A stretch of DNA of 64,000 nucleotides from an uncultured Bacteroidia bacterium (GCA_963810555.1 CAWENX010000022.1:54929-118928), one strand, 5' to 3'. Numbered from the stretch's first letter, positions 44,525 through 55,247 are shown. The notes: generated by a model from the letters alone, not told the origin. Translations and numbers: made by a program.

Positions 44525-45781
44525 CTATCTCGTTATGTACTTATCATAGGTTCCGTCCATCACTTTTTTTACTGCTTCAAGGTACCCGTATCCCCATTGC
44601 ATGTCAGGTTCGAGGTAACTGCCTTCGACCCATTCGTTCCAGGCATTGACGATGATCAGTTTCGGCTGATTGGGATGATTTCTCAGAAATTCCTTTGCCC
44701 TTATCATATAGGCGGCGAAACTGTCAGGAGTTTTATTGTAGTGGACGACCTGATCTTTTCCAAATTGCGGATATCTGGGTGTATTGTCCCAGCCCACTGA
44801 AACCGTTGGGATATAAGGAATTGATAATAACGAGGCCCATTTATCCTGCACACTCATCGCCTTTTCAGCCCATTTGATATAATCCTCATTAATCCCTGAT
44901 CCTGTCCAGTTGTAAGTAGTGATGCTGTTAATGCCCAGGTAGGAAACAAGCTCATTGATACTTTTCCCTTCGGACATTTTTTCATTGAGTAAAAAAGGAT
45001 TCCCGTTTTGCCCCCAGCCTACAAATTGAAGGTGTACTCCCGGAAAGCCTGCTTTTTTGGCTTCCTGGCGAAAATAATCGAGCGCCTTTTTCGTTCCTTC
45101 CAGTCCGTTAAAGCTTTTAATAAGATCACCGATACTGAAGATGGAGTATACCGGTTCGTTGTTGATCTTATAATAGTTCGGCTTTTTAAAATAGTAATTT
45201 ACCGCCCTGTCAACCACAACCTTATAGTTTTCCCAGTCCACGGCGCCTTTCCAGATCAGTGAATCGGTTTTGTAACGGAAATGGTTCCACATATTGCCGG
45301 GAACATTATGGTTCGCCCACATGAGATAAAACTTCATCCTTCCGTTATTTTTAGCTCCGAGAAATCCCTTATCAAGCGTTTCTTCCAGGAATGGCTTTCC
45401 GTCGTACCTGTACCAGTCGAAAATAAATACATTCACGCCGTGATCCGCTGCTGCATTGATCATCTTCTCCATTACACGCGGATCGTTGTCCATTTCATAA
45501 CCCCACAGGGGAACTTTTGGCTGGTAATGTCCTTCAAATTTGGGTTCGCCCTTTTTGATTATTTCCCATTCGCCAATGCCTTCGCTCCATAGTTTTTCAC
45601 GGCTCATTGGCTCATCGTGGCAGGAGGGCCATATATAGGCGGCGACGGAAATGGGTTGATCTGCATTTGTTTTGCCGGCTGTTTGTGCGAAGGATTTAAA
45701 TCCGCTGATAGGCACTACACCAAACAGGAACAATAATGTTATGACGGGAGTTTTTAATTTGGATTGATATGATTTCATCAT
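44525..45781 (-). CDS. GH99-like / WbsX-like domain protein
   Basis: Signal peptide, then AAYIWPS.H.........W..G.GEW, PLWGY...DP.VMEK.I..A..HGV.VFIFDWY, and C-terminal NAWNEW.EGSYLEP. The family call is from memory. Confidence 0.55.
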   Translation of the reverse strand: MMKSYQSKLKTPVITLLFLFGVVPISGFKSFAQTAGKTNADQPISVAAYIWPSCHDEPMSREKLWSEGIGEWEIIKKGEPKFEGHYQPKVPLWGYEMDNDPRVMEKMINAAADHGVNVFIFDWYRYDGKPFLEETLDKGFLGAKNNGRMKFYLMWANHNVPGNMWNHFRYKTDSLIWKGAVDWENYKVVVDRAVNYYFKKPNYYKINNEPVYSIFSIGDLIKSFNGLEGTKKALDYFRQEAKKAGFPGVHLQFVGWGQNGNPFLLNEKMSEGKSINELVSYLGINSITTYNWTGSGINEDYIKWAEKAMSVQDKWASLLSIPYIPTVSVGWDNTPRYPQFGKDQVVHYNKTPDSFAAYMIRAKEFLRNHPNQPKLIIVNAWNEWVEGSYLEPDMQWGYGYLEAVKKVMDGTYDKYITR

Positions 45782-45926
45782 TGATTAATTTAGAAAAGTT
45801 TATACCGATTTAAAGATACAATAATAGGGAGAATTATCAAGATTCTGATTCCTTCTAAAATTAAGGCTCAAAAATGACAGATTCAATGTTTAACAAAAGA
45901 AACATTACGAAGAAATGTATATTGAA

Positions 45927-45961
45927 TCGAATACGAACCAATCACGAACCAATCACGAAGG
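45927..45961. repeat. (CGAACCAATCA) stutter repeat
   Basis: CGAATACGAACCAATCACGAACCAATCACGAAGG. Confidence 0.85.
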
Positions 45962-46005
45962 AATTATAGGCCTGGTATTTTGAATTTATCGTTAAACAGA
46001 AGATT

Positions 46006-47800
46006 TTACCAGACTCTTGAAGATTCTGTCAATGGATCATTTTTATCCTTCAGAAGGTAAATGCTGATGGTATTCCGATCCTTGCCGCGTTTGACGATAA
46101 GCCTTTGTTTGCCGATCTGATAACTTATATCATCGGGTTTGCCGAGAAAGGGCAATACTGCTGATTTTACCTCATCCGAAAGGAAGTCTTTAACGAATAA
46201 CCATTGCCCCTTACCGTCTGAAACCGTTCCCTTCTTTCCTTTAAACTCCCCAGGCGCCAATGAATCAAGGCTTACGCATAATCCGCCTTTGCGCACAAAT
46301 GATTGCACTGCTTTTAGGGTCTGAGGGCTGATCATCACTCCGGTCAGAAAAACAAGTTTCAATCCATCCAGTTCTTTTTCACCTGCAAGGTGGTCATAAA
46401 CTACCACACCGTTTAACGGCCAGAAGAATTCGTGGGGAATTTGCCTGTAACCCATGCTATTGTAATTGATGGATTCAATACTGGACTGTCCGTGTGTTAA
46501 GAGGTTCCATATTTTAAACCAGGCTTCTGTTGCAGGCGTCGTATGCAGGTTCTCAGCGCCATAGAGATTATCAGTAAACCGTGATTTCTTCTGTCCCCAA
46601 TCCGAATCATCGAAGCGCAGGATAGCTACTTCGGGACGGATATCTTTGAAGGTATAGGGTCTGGGATGTGCAGGAACATACTCTTTTACAAACCACTTGG
46701 TAAATCTTACCGTATTCCGTAAGCTCGTATTTCGTCTGCCCGTTTTCAGTTTTCCTTTCCATCAGGCCGCGGGTATTTTCCACAAAAATCCTGACAGCCC
46801 CGATCCAATAGGCATAAAGCAGCGAAGCCCTCAATTCTTCAGGTGGATGGCCCGGGAAATGATCGCCCTTATCCCAATCGGGGCCTCCGAATCCCCATAA
46901 ATCGGGAGTGGCGCAGAACTGAGTTCCCCATTCTTTTGCAGCCCCTATGGCGATCGCGGCACAGATCGGGTCGAGACTCTCCTTCAGAAATTTAGGAGCG
47001 ATATCGAAACCCGCCCTTGCGAATAAAGAGAACATCGCTGGAAAAACATCCTCCATCATGGGAACTACCCCGTGCCGGCGATAATTCTCCGCTACTGCCT
47101 TGGCGCTGTGATAGGAGGCTTCATAAGCCTCCTCAAGAGTCATCCCGTCGGCGGCCGCAAAATAGGGATAGACTTTAGGAGAACTTTTATCGTTGTCGCC
47201 CCCGTTTGTATTCGCAAAACGGCGCATCTGCCCATGTTCCGGTTCATCGTATAAAACACCAAGGAACTGTTTGTTTTCCGTGGCCTCGTCCAGCGCCTTT
47301 CCGGTAAGGTCCCAACGGTGCGTTTTATCAGGATGAGCCATAATATCGTTTCCTTTTTCGTCAAGAAAGTCCCCATCCTTTGAATAGTTGGTTACCTCCT
47401 GGTTAACGAAATAGCTCATATTGTAGTTCTTACAGGCCTGAGCGAGGTCGTTGAAATCCTTTGCCGAGGCAACCCAACCGTAGCTTTTACGGTCAGGTCC
47501 ATAGTTTTCAGGAATAAAGTGGCATACTACAAAATCAGCGCCAAGGTCATTACGGGTCGCTTTCAGTAATTCATCAAGGGCTGCAGCGTCACGAGGTATT
47601 CCAGCCTCAATTCCGAATTGGCAGGAGTTTTTGGATATCTTGTCTGATGAATCAGGATCGGATGCAAAAACCCGTGGAACTAAATTGAAGCTGCCTCCAA
47701 TTGAAGAAAGCATTGTGGCGCCGGCAATCCCTTTTGATGTCTTAATTATGAACCTGCGGCGGTTGAAATTATTTTTCATATCTTTTTTATGAATGATCAA
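46006..47800 (-). pseudogene. Uncharacterised Tat-signal protein of about 597 aa, split by one frameshift
   Basis: The N-terminus has NRRRFIIKTSKGIAGATMLS (twin-arginine signal). The reading frame changes at about 46696 (..GKIYQ / WFVKEYVPAHPRPYTFKDIRPEVAILRFDDSDWGQ...). The downstream frame runs continuously into ORF 46006-46455. Confidence 0.6.
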
Positions 47801-47969
47801 TTCAAAGATATTGAATTATCGGAATTGAAATTCAGAATTTTGTGTCTTAACCACAATCTGATTAATATCAACAGAATTTTTGTATTTTTATTCTTAATAA
47901 TTATTTCTCAATCAGATAATTTCTGAGCTATGAAATAATTAATTCAATAATCATATAAGTCAATGATTT

Positions 47970-49397
47970 ATGAAAAATAATCTTAGTTTTCTATTCCTTA
48001 TTCTACTGACAGGAATTCTGCCGATTCAGGTTGTATCCCAGGTTGTATTTCCGGTAAAAACAAGCGCAAATGGACATTACCTTATTGATAATAAAGGTAT
48101 TCCGTTCCCTATTCTCGGACGGACTTCATGGTGTGTAATCTCGCAGCCTGTCAAGGATTATAAGGCCTACCTTGAAAATACCCTATCGCATGGGTTCAAT
48201 GCCATGGAAATGGCTATGATCTGCCACTGGCCCCAAAGCAATTATCCTCCGCATAACGGACGGGGAGATCTACCTTTTCTGAAACGTTTGGATGGTTCGA
48301 CATGGAATGGTTACCTGGTCTATGAAAATAAGGAAAAAGAAGCTCCTGATCTGACGACTCCCGATGAAAAATATTGGGAGTTTGCGGACAACTTTCTGAA
48401 TTACTGTGAATCAAAAGGTATCCTGGTTTTTATGTTTCCTGCCTATTTGGGATATCCCGGAACCAAAGAGGGATGGATGACGGAACTTCTTGCTAATGGT
48501 CCTGAGAGAACGAAGGCTTACGGAGAGTGGATTGCCAACCGTTATAAAAATCAGAAGAACCTGGTATGGATGCTGATCGGTGATGTAGGTGAATTCAAAC
48601 CGGAAGAGAAAATTGTCGAGAGTGCCCTGATCAGCGGGCTTAAGAGCGTAAAAGGCCAGCAATCCGTTCATTATTCTTCTGAACCGGGAGGCGGAACAAA
48701 CAGCGCCGATCAGAAAGATTTTGGCGATCAGGTGAACCTCAACGGCGTTTATACGTGGGGAACAGTTCCTGTTCAAAAGCTTGGCCGTCAGGCTTATACA
48801 CGTCAGCCGGTTTTGCCTGCCTTCCTGCTCGAAGAGCCCTACGATGAGGAAGGTCCCGACGGCAACAGGTTTAATCCCCATGCCATTCAACCTGTCAGGC
48901 GCTTCCAGTGGTGGGGATGGCTGACTTCAATTGGTGGTTATATGGCAGGAAACGGCTACATCTGGCCCTTTATTGATCAGTGGTGGCAAAGGCATCTGAA
49001 TACTCCTGCGACACTTGATAATGAAAGGCTTAATGCATTCGTCCGATCCATAAAATGGTGGGATCTTGTCCCTTCGGGATTAAGTGGTATGAAGTCCCTG
49101 ATCCTCTCAGGAGGAAGCACCGATGATAAGAGTGATTTTGTTGCTGCTTCTGCAAATAAGGATGGAAGTCTTTTGATTGCTTACATTCCGCCTGACCATT
49201 CAGGAAGTATAACTGTAGACCTTACCGTTTTAAAGAAAAAGGTCAATGCATGGTGGTTTGATCCAACAAACGGAAAATCATTTGAGATAAACGGATTCCC
49301 TGTCACTGGTGAAAAAAGCCACCGGTTTGATCCTCCCGTTAAAAACAGCAGCGGACAAAATGATTGGGCACTAAAGCTTGTGGCTTCGGATATGTAA
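47970..49397 (+). CDS. DUF4038 / GH140-like glycosidase with a C-terminal collagen-binding-like domain
   Basis: Signal peptide, PFPILGRTSWCVIS (compare the DUF4038 F..GDTAW motif), a TIM-barrel-like core, and C-terminal AWWFDPTNGKS. The family call is from memory. Confidence 0.55.
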   Translation: MKNNLSFLFLILLTGILPIQVVSQVVFPVKTSANGHYLIDNKGIPFPILGRTSWCVISQPVKDYKAYLENTLSHGFNAMEMAMICHWPQSNYPPHNGRGDLPFLKRLDGSTWNGYLVYENKEKEAPDLTTPDEKYWEFADNFLNYCESKGILVFMFPAYLGYPGTKEGWMTELLANGPERTKAYGEWIANRYKNQKNLVWMLIGDVGEFKPEEKIVESALISGLKSVKGQQSVHYSSEPGGGTNSADQKDFGDQVNLNGVYTWGTVPVQKLGRQAYTRQPVLPAFLLEEPYDEEGPDGNRFNPHAIQPVRRFQWWGWLTSIGGYMAGNGYIWPFIDQWWQRHLNTPATLDNERLNAFVRSIKWWDLVPSGLSGMKSLILSGGSTDDKSDFVAASANKDGSLLIAYIPPDHSGSITVDLTVLKKKVNAWWFDPTNGKSFEINGFPVTGEKSHRFDPPVKNSSGQNDWALKLVASDM

Positions 49398-49435
49398 TAC
49401 TTTTAAAAATCAGCTTATTCCGTTTATTCCTATTC

Positions 49436-50920
49436 TCAAACTACCTCTGCCTTAAAATTATATAATTGACAAAAATCCATCAATTCCTTTTTGAATTCCC
49501 CGTAAAAGAAAAGCTGATGAAACCCCGGAAAGGTAAGCACATTACGATTGCCGTCCATTTTCACTTTCACCGAAACGACACATCCCCCTGAAGGCGGAAC
49601 ACTCATATTCTTTACCACCGTGCCGGTTGAAATAAGAAATTTTGACAAACAGGATTCGCCCGGATCGGCTGGCATGATATCAAGGCAGGTGATCCTCTGT
49701 CCTTCCCGCCAGTGAGTCCTGGGAACTGCATCACGGTTGCCATGATGATGGACAAGATCGAACGGTTCGGGATGATTGCCGAATCCGTTAAGCCTGGTAG
49801 GACTGGAACAATGAGCCCCTATAATTGTATCGTCAAAAGTATCAGCCACCGGATCCACCTGAAAGCCGGGCCTGCCAAAAAGATAGTGAACGACAACATG
49901 GGTTGCGATAGCGCCGGTATCGGCCTCGCAGGCTGCCGGAATATTATCGTCATTCATTCTTGACCATGCAATGCAAGGCAGGCTCACTTCTGTTTGTCCC
50001 AGCGCGCCAAGACAATCCATCGAAATGGCATCGGCTTTTTCCTTTTCAAGAAACCGGCCTGCCACCCAGTAACTCTTGATCCCGTTGATGACATCCTGCC
50101 TTGTTGCCTTGATCAGCTTGCCGGCCTTGTGGATATAATCATCTGCCATGGCCTCGATCTCCTTTGTAACAGGTAAGGCTCTGTATTCTTCGAGAAACGT
50201 TTGCGCAGGCACGTACTGAAGGGTAATTCCCGTATCGGCAAGTGATCTTTCCATACGTTTATCACCTTTAATCACAACACACCGCGCCTTTTTTATCCTC
50301 GCTCCCGCCTCCAGCATCTTCATTCCAAAAGCAGCCTGGCTGAACTCATTGGTGGCATAAATAACACATCCCGGCTTTTCAGCCAATTCTGCTGTATTGG
50401 ATGTAAACGATGTTCCGAGAGGTGAAAACAGGATCATGGGAATACCGGCCCCTGCGACTTTTTTTGCAGTCTGCCAGGCAAAGGTTTGTTTGTCAAGCAT
50501 AACCAGCATTAATCCGTCAGCGCCTGCCTGTTTTGCCTCACCGATCCAGTTATCGGCATCTTCAGGAGTGTAAAGCGGAACCGGCTTCAGATTAAAACGT
50601 ATCTTCAGCTTTGCAGATGTTTCATTCAACTGCTCTGTATACTTATTCAGTGCCGCTTCACCATCATAAACCGCTCCCGGCCAAAGCATCCCGTAATCTT
50701 CTTTACGCCGGACAAAAGCCGCTTTAATAAGCGGTTTGTAATCAGATGCCGGTCCGCAGGCCTTGATCAGAGGAACAGCTCCCTTTAATTCTGATGCGAA
50801 CAGGTCCATTTCGCTTAAAGACATTGCGCCCAAGGCGGATACGGATGTATTCCTTACAAAATGACGTCTTGTCAAATGATTTTCTCCCGAACAGTGTGCG
50901 GGACATTTTCCTTTTTCCAT
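49436..50920 (-). CDS. L-fucose/L-arabinose isomerase-like protein with a Tat-like N-terminus
   Basis: TRRHFVRNTSVSALGAMSL at the N-terminus. PCIAWSRMNDDNIPAACEADTGAIATHVVVHYLFGRPGF and GAHCS resemble the sugar-isomerase family core. Confidence 0.45.
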   Translation of the reverse strand: MEKGKCPAHCSGENHLTRRHFVRNTSVSALGAMSLSEMDLFASELKGAVPLIKACGPASDYKPLIKAAFVRRKEDYGMLWPGAVYDGEAALNKYTEQLNETSAKLKIRFNLKPVPLYTPEDADNWIGEAKQAGADGLMLVMLDKQTFAWQTAKKVAGAGIPMILFSPLGTSFTSNTAELAEKPGCVIYATNEFSQAAFGMKMLEAGARIKKARCVVIKGDKRMERSLADTGITLQYVPAQTFLEEYRALPVTKEIEAMADDYIHKAGKLIKATRQDVINGIKSYWVAGRFLEKEKADAISMDCLGALGQTEVSLPCIAWSRMNDDNIPAACEADTGAIATHVVVHYLFGRPGFQVDPVADTFDDTIIGAHCSSPTRLNGFGNHPEPFDLVHHHGNRDAVPRTHWREGQRITCLDIMPADPGESCLSKFLISTGTVVKNMSVPPSGGCVVSVKVKMDGNRNVLTFPGFHQLFFYGEFKKELMDFCQLYNFKAEVV

Positions 50921-51065
50921 AACTTAGTTTATTAAACGCACCCGAAAAACCGGTTTCTCAGGCGCTTAGGTTTAGCATAAAAGTATAAAAAATTGGCTGA
51001 ATTATCAAGTTCGCGCAGTTTTAGAATATTGTAATTGATAATTCCTATTTTTTGTATATTTGAAT

Positions 51066-51383
51066 ATGATTAAAAACAAGAAAATATTACTAAAAATCAA
51101 ACAGTTGGTTAATCAGGCAGAACCAACTGCAACTGTTATTTTGTATGGTTCACAGGCAAGAGGACAGAGTAATAAACAATCTGATATTGATATTCTCATC
51201 CTTGTTGATCAGGATAAAATTACCTATACGGAAGAACAAAGAATAAAATATCCTTTATATGATCTGGAATTTGAAACCGGCAAAGTAATCAGTCCTGTTA
51301 TTTTCAGCCGTAAAGATTGGGAAACACGGCATAATATTACACCATTCTACAAGAATATTAAAAAAGAAGGTGTTTTTTTATGA
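51066..51383 (+). CDS. Minimal nucleotidyltransferase (MNT), HEPN-partner antitoxin
   Basis: ILYGSQARGQ....SDIDILILVD is the GS-x-DxD nucleotidyltransferase motif. Its stop overlaps the HEPN start. Confidence 0.85.
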   Translation: MIKNKKILLKIKQLVNQAEPTATVILYGSQARGQSNKQSDIDILILVDQDKITYTEEQRIKYPLYDLEFETGKVISPVIFSRKDWETRHNITPFYKNIKKEGVFL

Positions 51384-51778
51384 AAGAAGGAACAAGTGAT
51401 TTAATAAAATACAGGATAAGCCGTTCACTGGAAACACTGATTGAGGCTGAAACCATGATAAAGAACGGATTCTGGAATGCAGCGGTAAACAGGATTTACT
51501 ATTCCTGCTATTATGTTGTAAGCGGCTTGTTGTTAAAAAAATCCATTGAAACAAATTCTCACAAAGGACTGAGACAGATGTTCGGTCTCCATTTTGTACA
51601 AACAGGGGCAGTGACCAAAGAAGACGGACGATTTTTCTCAGACCTTTATGACAGAAGGCAAACCGGTGATTATGAGGATTTTGTTTTATATGAAGAGGAA
51701 ACTGTGCTCATTCTTTACGACCAGGCTAAAAATTTTATTAGCAGAATTGTTGAATTGTTATACAAAAATGATATATAG
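51380..51778 (+). CDS. HEPN domain protein (toxin of the MNT/HEPN pair)
   Basis: Helical and 132 aa long, with AVNRIYYSCYY and an R-x4-6-(D/H)-like RRQTGDY motif. Confidence 0.8.
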   Translation: MKEGTSDLIKYRISRSLETLIEAETMIKNGFWNAAVNRIYYSCYYVVSGLLLKKSIETNSHKGLRQMFGLHFVQTGAVTKEDGRFFSDLYDRRQTGDYEDFVLYEEETVLILYDQAKNFISRIVELLYKNDI

Positions 51779-51928
51779 AAAAACTCTGAACTCTCTGGCC
51801 CCTTATAGTGGAAATTTTGATTATTTGCCAAGGTATTAAATAATATTGTTTACATTTACTATGAAATTGTTTTAATATTCTGGCTTCAAGGATATTCGGC
51901 ACCTATTAAATACTAAACCTCTAAAGCG

Positions 51929-53137
51929 ATGAAAATACTATTCATAACACTGATTTCTACAAATTTATTAATTATGGCTTGTCAGAATTCTCCCAAGGAA
52001 GTTACATTCAAAAAAGGCGAATACGGTTATGATCTTAATTTTCTGAAAAGCAAATTAAAGACGATTAAACTCGTGAAGGGCAATTCAGAATTAGTCATTG
52101 TCCCTCAATACCAGGGAAGGGTGATGACAAGTACCTCATCAGGTCCAAAAGGCTATTCATACGGATGGATCAACCACGAACTTATTGCCTCGTCCAAAAT
52201 CCTTGAACATTTCAATCCTTACGGGGGCGAAGAACGCCTCTGGCTGGGGCCCGAAGGCGGTCAGTTTTCAATCTATTATCCCAAAGATTCCTCTTTTACA
52301 AATAAAAACTGGTATGTCCCGAAGGCATTTGATACAGAATCCTTTGATGTCCTGCAGCAGAATTCTGACAGTGCGACCCTGTCAAAGCAATTTGAATTGA
52401 CAAACTATTCAGGTACTCATTTCAGTGTACTGGTAACCCGTAAAGTTAAAATCCTTCCTGAGAACAATATTCCGGGACTTCTTGGAACTGAATTAGGCAA
52501 ATCAATACATGCGGTGGCTTACAAGTCTGAAAATCAGCTTAAAAATGCAGGAGACAATGAATGGACAAGAGAGAGCGGCGCTTTGTCCATCTGGATGCTG
52601 AGTATGCTGAATGCCTCTCCTGAAGTGACCATAATTCTTCCTTATAAAAAAGGTGACCTGGGGAAAATTGTCAAAGATGATTATTTTGTAAAAGTCCCTG
52701 AAAACAGGCTGAAAATAACTGAAAATGCTGTCCTCTTTCTTGCAGACGGAAATTTCAGAAGCAAAATCGGAATATCTGCTTTAAGAACGATTCCACGCAT
52801 CGGAAGCTATGATGCTAAAAACAATAAGCTGAGCATACTGGAGTTTTCGTTCCCGGATAATGCCACCAACTTCGTTAATTCTGCGCTTGAAATCCAGAAA
52901 GAGCCTTTTTCGGGCGATGTGATCAATGCATACAATGATGGCCCGAAAGACGGAGGCCCCGGCATGGGACCATTTTATGAACTGGAAGCCTCCTCACCTG
53001 CCGCATTTTTAAAGCCTGGAGAAACAATTACCCATGTTCAGAAGATTTATCATTTTGAAGGGAATGAAGAAGATTTAAATAATTTAGCCAAATCACTCCT
53101 GAATATTTCATTATCAGAGATTAAAAGCGCTTTTTAA
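51929..53137 (+). CDS. Hypothetical lipoprotein
   Basis: Lipobox IMAC, a 402-aa beta-rich protein, and no confident family assignment. Confidence 0.55.
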   Translation: MKILFITLISTNLLIMACQNSPKEVTFKKGEYGYDLNFLKSKLKTIKLVKGNSELVIVPQYQGRVMTSTSSGPKGYSYGWINHELIASSKILEHFNPYGGEERLWLGPEGGQFSIYYPKDSSFTNKNWYVPKAFDTESFDVLQQNSDSATLSKQFELTNYSGTHFSVLVTRKVKILPENNIPGLLGTELGKSIHAVAYKSENQLKNAGDNEWTRESGALSIWMLSMLNASPEVTIILPYKKGDLGKIVKDDYFVKVPENRLKITENAVLFLADGNFRSKIGISALRTIPRIGSYDAKNNKLSILEFSFPDNATNFVNSALEIQKEPFSGDVINAYNDGPKDGGPGMGPFYELEASSPAAFLKPGETITHVQKIYHFEGNEEDLNNLAKSLLNISLSEIKSAF

Positions 53138-53216
53138 TTTTAATAACTTGACTTAATGTTTTCTGAAGGATGTTAAATGGCTGGATAAATTTCTTGTTTT
53201 TAAGTCATTTAACAGC

Positions 53217-53224
53217 TATTTTTG
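53217..53224 (+). promoter_or_regulatory. Candidate -7 promoter box (TAnnTTTG)
   Basis: TATTTTTG lies 42 nt upstream of the ATG at 53266. Confidence 0.3.
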
Positions 53225-53265
53225 TATGAATCTTATTGGATTCATCTATTCAATAATTTGGAGCC

Positions 53266-53463
53266 ATGGACCAGGAAAGTTTTGTTACAGATAAAGAGGG
53301 ACGTAAAATAGCAGTTCAGATTCCAATTAAAACTTACAGAAAATTGGTAGCTGATTCAGAAGAACTTGGCGAAATTAAAGAATATCGTAAGGCCAAAACC
53401 CATAAAAGCGATCCGATACCTTTTAAACAGGCTTTTAAGGAAATTGAAGACTCCATAAAATGA
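53266..53463 (+). CDS. Putative antitoxin (small acidic protein upstream of a RelE/ParE remnant)
   Basis: A 65-aa ORF whose stop overlaps the downstream ATG (ATGA). The pattern KIAVQIPIKTYRKL......L is typical of small antitoxins. Confidence 0.45.
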   Translation: MDQESFVTDKEGRKIAVQIPIKTYRKLVADSEELGEIKEYRKAKTHKSDPIPFKQAFKEIEDSIK

Positions 53464-53513
53464 CGTATATCGTTCTAATTGAGCGTTATGCCCAAAAACA
53501 GATAATGAAGTAA
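53460..53513 (+). pseudogene. 17-codon remnant of a RelE/ParE-type toxin gene
   Basis: MTYIVLIERYAQKQIMK-stop resembles the N-terminus of RelE/ParE toxins (M.Y.V.I...A.K.L.KL). The rest of the gene is absent before the next gene at 53548. Confidence 0.4.
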
Positions 53514-53547
53514 TAATGATCCACAATTCAATAGAAATAAAAAAAGT

Positions 53548-55002
53548 ATGAGAAAAACATTAACAATCAATCTCTTTTTATTAACAGCTTTATTTATCTC
53601 ACTTTCCCTGGCATCCTTTGCTGATGTTAAATTGCCGGGAGTCCTGACCAGCAATATGGTTTTGCAGAGAGAACGCCCCATTACCATCTGGGGATGGGCA
53701 GACAAAGGCGAAAAAGTGAATGTCACTTTTAATAATCTTAAAAAGAGCGCCAAAGCCGATAAATCAGGCGAATGGAAGGTAGTCTTCCCTGCGATGCAGG
53801 CAGGCGGAGGAGCTTTACAGCTTAAAGTGCAGGGCAAGAACACCATAACCCTCGATAATATTCTTATCGGCGATGTATGGGTCTGCTCAGGACAGTCCAA
53901 TATGGGTGTTGCCATGAAAGACGTGAATAATGCGGAACAGGAAATTGCGGCAGCCGATTACCCGAACATACGCCTTTTCACCTTCCCGAGAAATTTACAG
54001 CCCCAGCCTGTTGACAATACAATCGGCAACCCTGAATGGAAGGAATGTTCACCTGAGAATATCGTCAGATTCAGCGCTGTTGCCTATTTCTTCGGCAGGG
54101 ATGTTTACAAGGAAATCAATATTCCGATCGGCCTGCTTCACACAAGCTGGGGAGGAACCAATGCTGAGGCGTGGACAAGCATGGACTGGATTGTAAAGCT
54201 CCCGAAATACAAGGACTGGCCAAATGAACTGGCTGAAAGGATGAAAAAAACTGATTCTTTATCTCTTGCAAAGATGAAGCAGCCCAATGAACTCCATACT
54301 GGTCTTTTTAACGGGATGATCAATCCTCTCCTTAATCTCGCTGTCAAAGGTGTAATTTGGTACCAGGGTGAGTCAAACGCCTATGAAGGAAAGCTTTACC
54401 AGACCATGTTTCCCAATATGATTGACTGCTGGAGAGAAAAATGGCATCAGCCTGATATGCCGTTCCTCTATGTTCAGCTTGCCAACTATATGGATGAGCC
54501 TGTCGAACCCGGCAAAAGCAACTGGGCCAGCCTTCGCGAAGCACAACTGATGACCCTGAATCATCCCAATACAGGAATGGCAGTTGCCATTGACATCGGA
54601 GAAGCAAAAAATATTCATCCCAAAGACAAGCAGGATGTGGGTTACCGGCTGGCGCTGAATGCTTTCCATCTCGTTTACGGAAAGGATATCGTTTACAGCG
54701 GCCCCATCTATAAATCCATGGAAATTGAAGGGAATAAAATTGCTGTCAGTTTCACCCATCTTGGCTCAGGGCTGATGGTAAAAGACAAATACGGGTATCC
54801 CAAAACTTTTGCCATTGCCGGTGCCGATCAGAAATTCTACTGGGCAAAAGCTGACATTCAGGGCGATAAAGTCGTCGTGTGGTCTGATCAGGTTCCCAAT
54901 CCTGTCGCCGTACGTTACGCCTGGGCTGACAATCCCGGCGAAGCCAACCTCTACAACAAGGAAGGTTTGCCCGCATCTCCTTTCAGGACAGATAACTGGT
55001 AG
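53548..55002 (+). CDS. Sialate O-acetylesterase-like (SASA/SGNH) carbohydrate esterase
   Basis: GDVWVCSGQSNM and GVIWYQGESNA motifs, with a signal peptide. Confidence 0.85.
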   Translation: MRKTLTINLFLLTALFISLSLASFADVKLPGVLTSNMVLQRERPITIWGWADKGEKVNVTFNNLKKSAKADKSGEWKVVFPAMQAGGGALQLKVQGKNTITLDNILIGDVWVCSGQSNMGVAMKDVNNAEQEIAAADYPNIRLFTFPRNLQPQPVDNTIGNPEWKECSPENIVRFSAVAYFFGRDVYKEINIPIGLLHTSWGGTNAEAWTSMDWIVKLPKYKDWPNELAERMKKTDSLSLAKMKQPNELHTGLFNGMINPLLNLAVKGVIWYQGESNAYEGKLYQTMFPNMIDCWREKWHQPDMPFLYVQLANYMDEPVEPGKSNWASLREAQLMTLNHPNTGMAVAIDIGEAKNIHPKDKQDVGYRLALNAFHLVYGKDIVYSGPIYKSMEIEGNKIAVSFTHLGSGLMVKDKYGYPKTFAIAGADQKFYWAKADIQGDKVVVWSDQVPNPVAVRYAWADNPGEANLYNKEGLPASPFRTDNW

Positions 55003-55032
55003 ATAATCACTTAGGTAATATGCAACGATATA

Positions 55033-55060
55033 AATCCGGGATCAGAATCCCGGATTTTTT
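55033..55060 (+). terminator. Rho-independent terminator
   Basis: AATCCGGGA-TCAGAA-TCCCGGATT followed by a T-run. It starts 31 nt after the stop at 55002. Confidence 0.7.
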
Positions 55061-55154
55061 CATTTGTATCATACTTTTCGGAAAAAGGAAAATATCTGCC
55101 CTCTAAGCCATTTTCGATATACCAACCTGTTTTCAAAGCCTGACCATCTTAAGT

Positions 55155-55247
55155 GTTTATTCGTAGATTATTCGTAGTTTATTCGTATATCATTCGTATA
55201 ATATACGAATAAATAACGAATAACCTACGTATAATGTATGAATAAAT
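55155..55247. repeat. Stutter palindrome (TTATTCGTA / TACGAATAA arms) upstream of a CAZyme gene
   Basis: GTTTATTCGTAGATTATTCGTAGTTTATTCGTATATCATTCGTATA is complementary to ATATACGAATAAATAACGAATAACCTACGTATAATGTATGAATAAAT. The centre is near 55200. Confidence 0.85.

Noticed and set aside
53475-53915. A 146-aa minus-strand ORF overlapping the start of the SASA esterase.
   Set aside because: It is antisense to the esterase signal peptide and catalytic GQSNM region.
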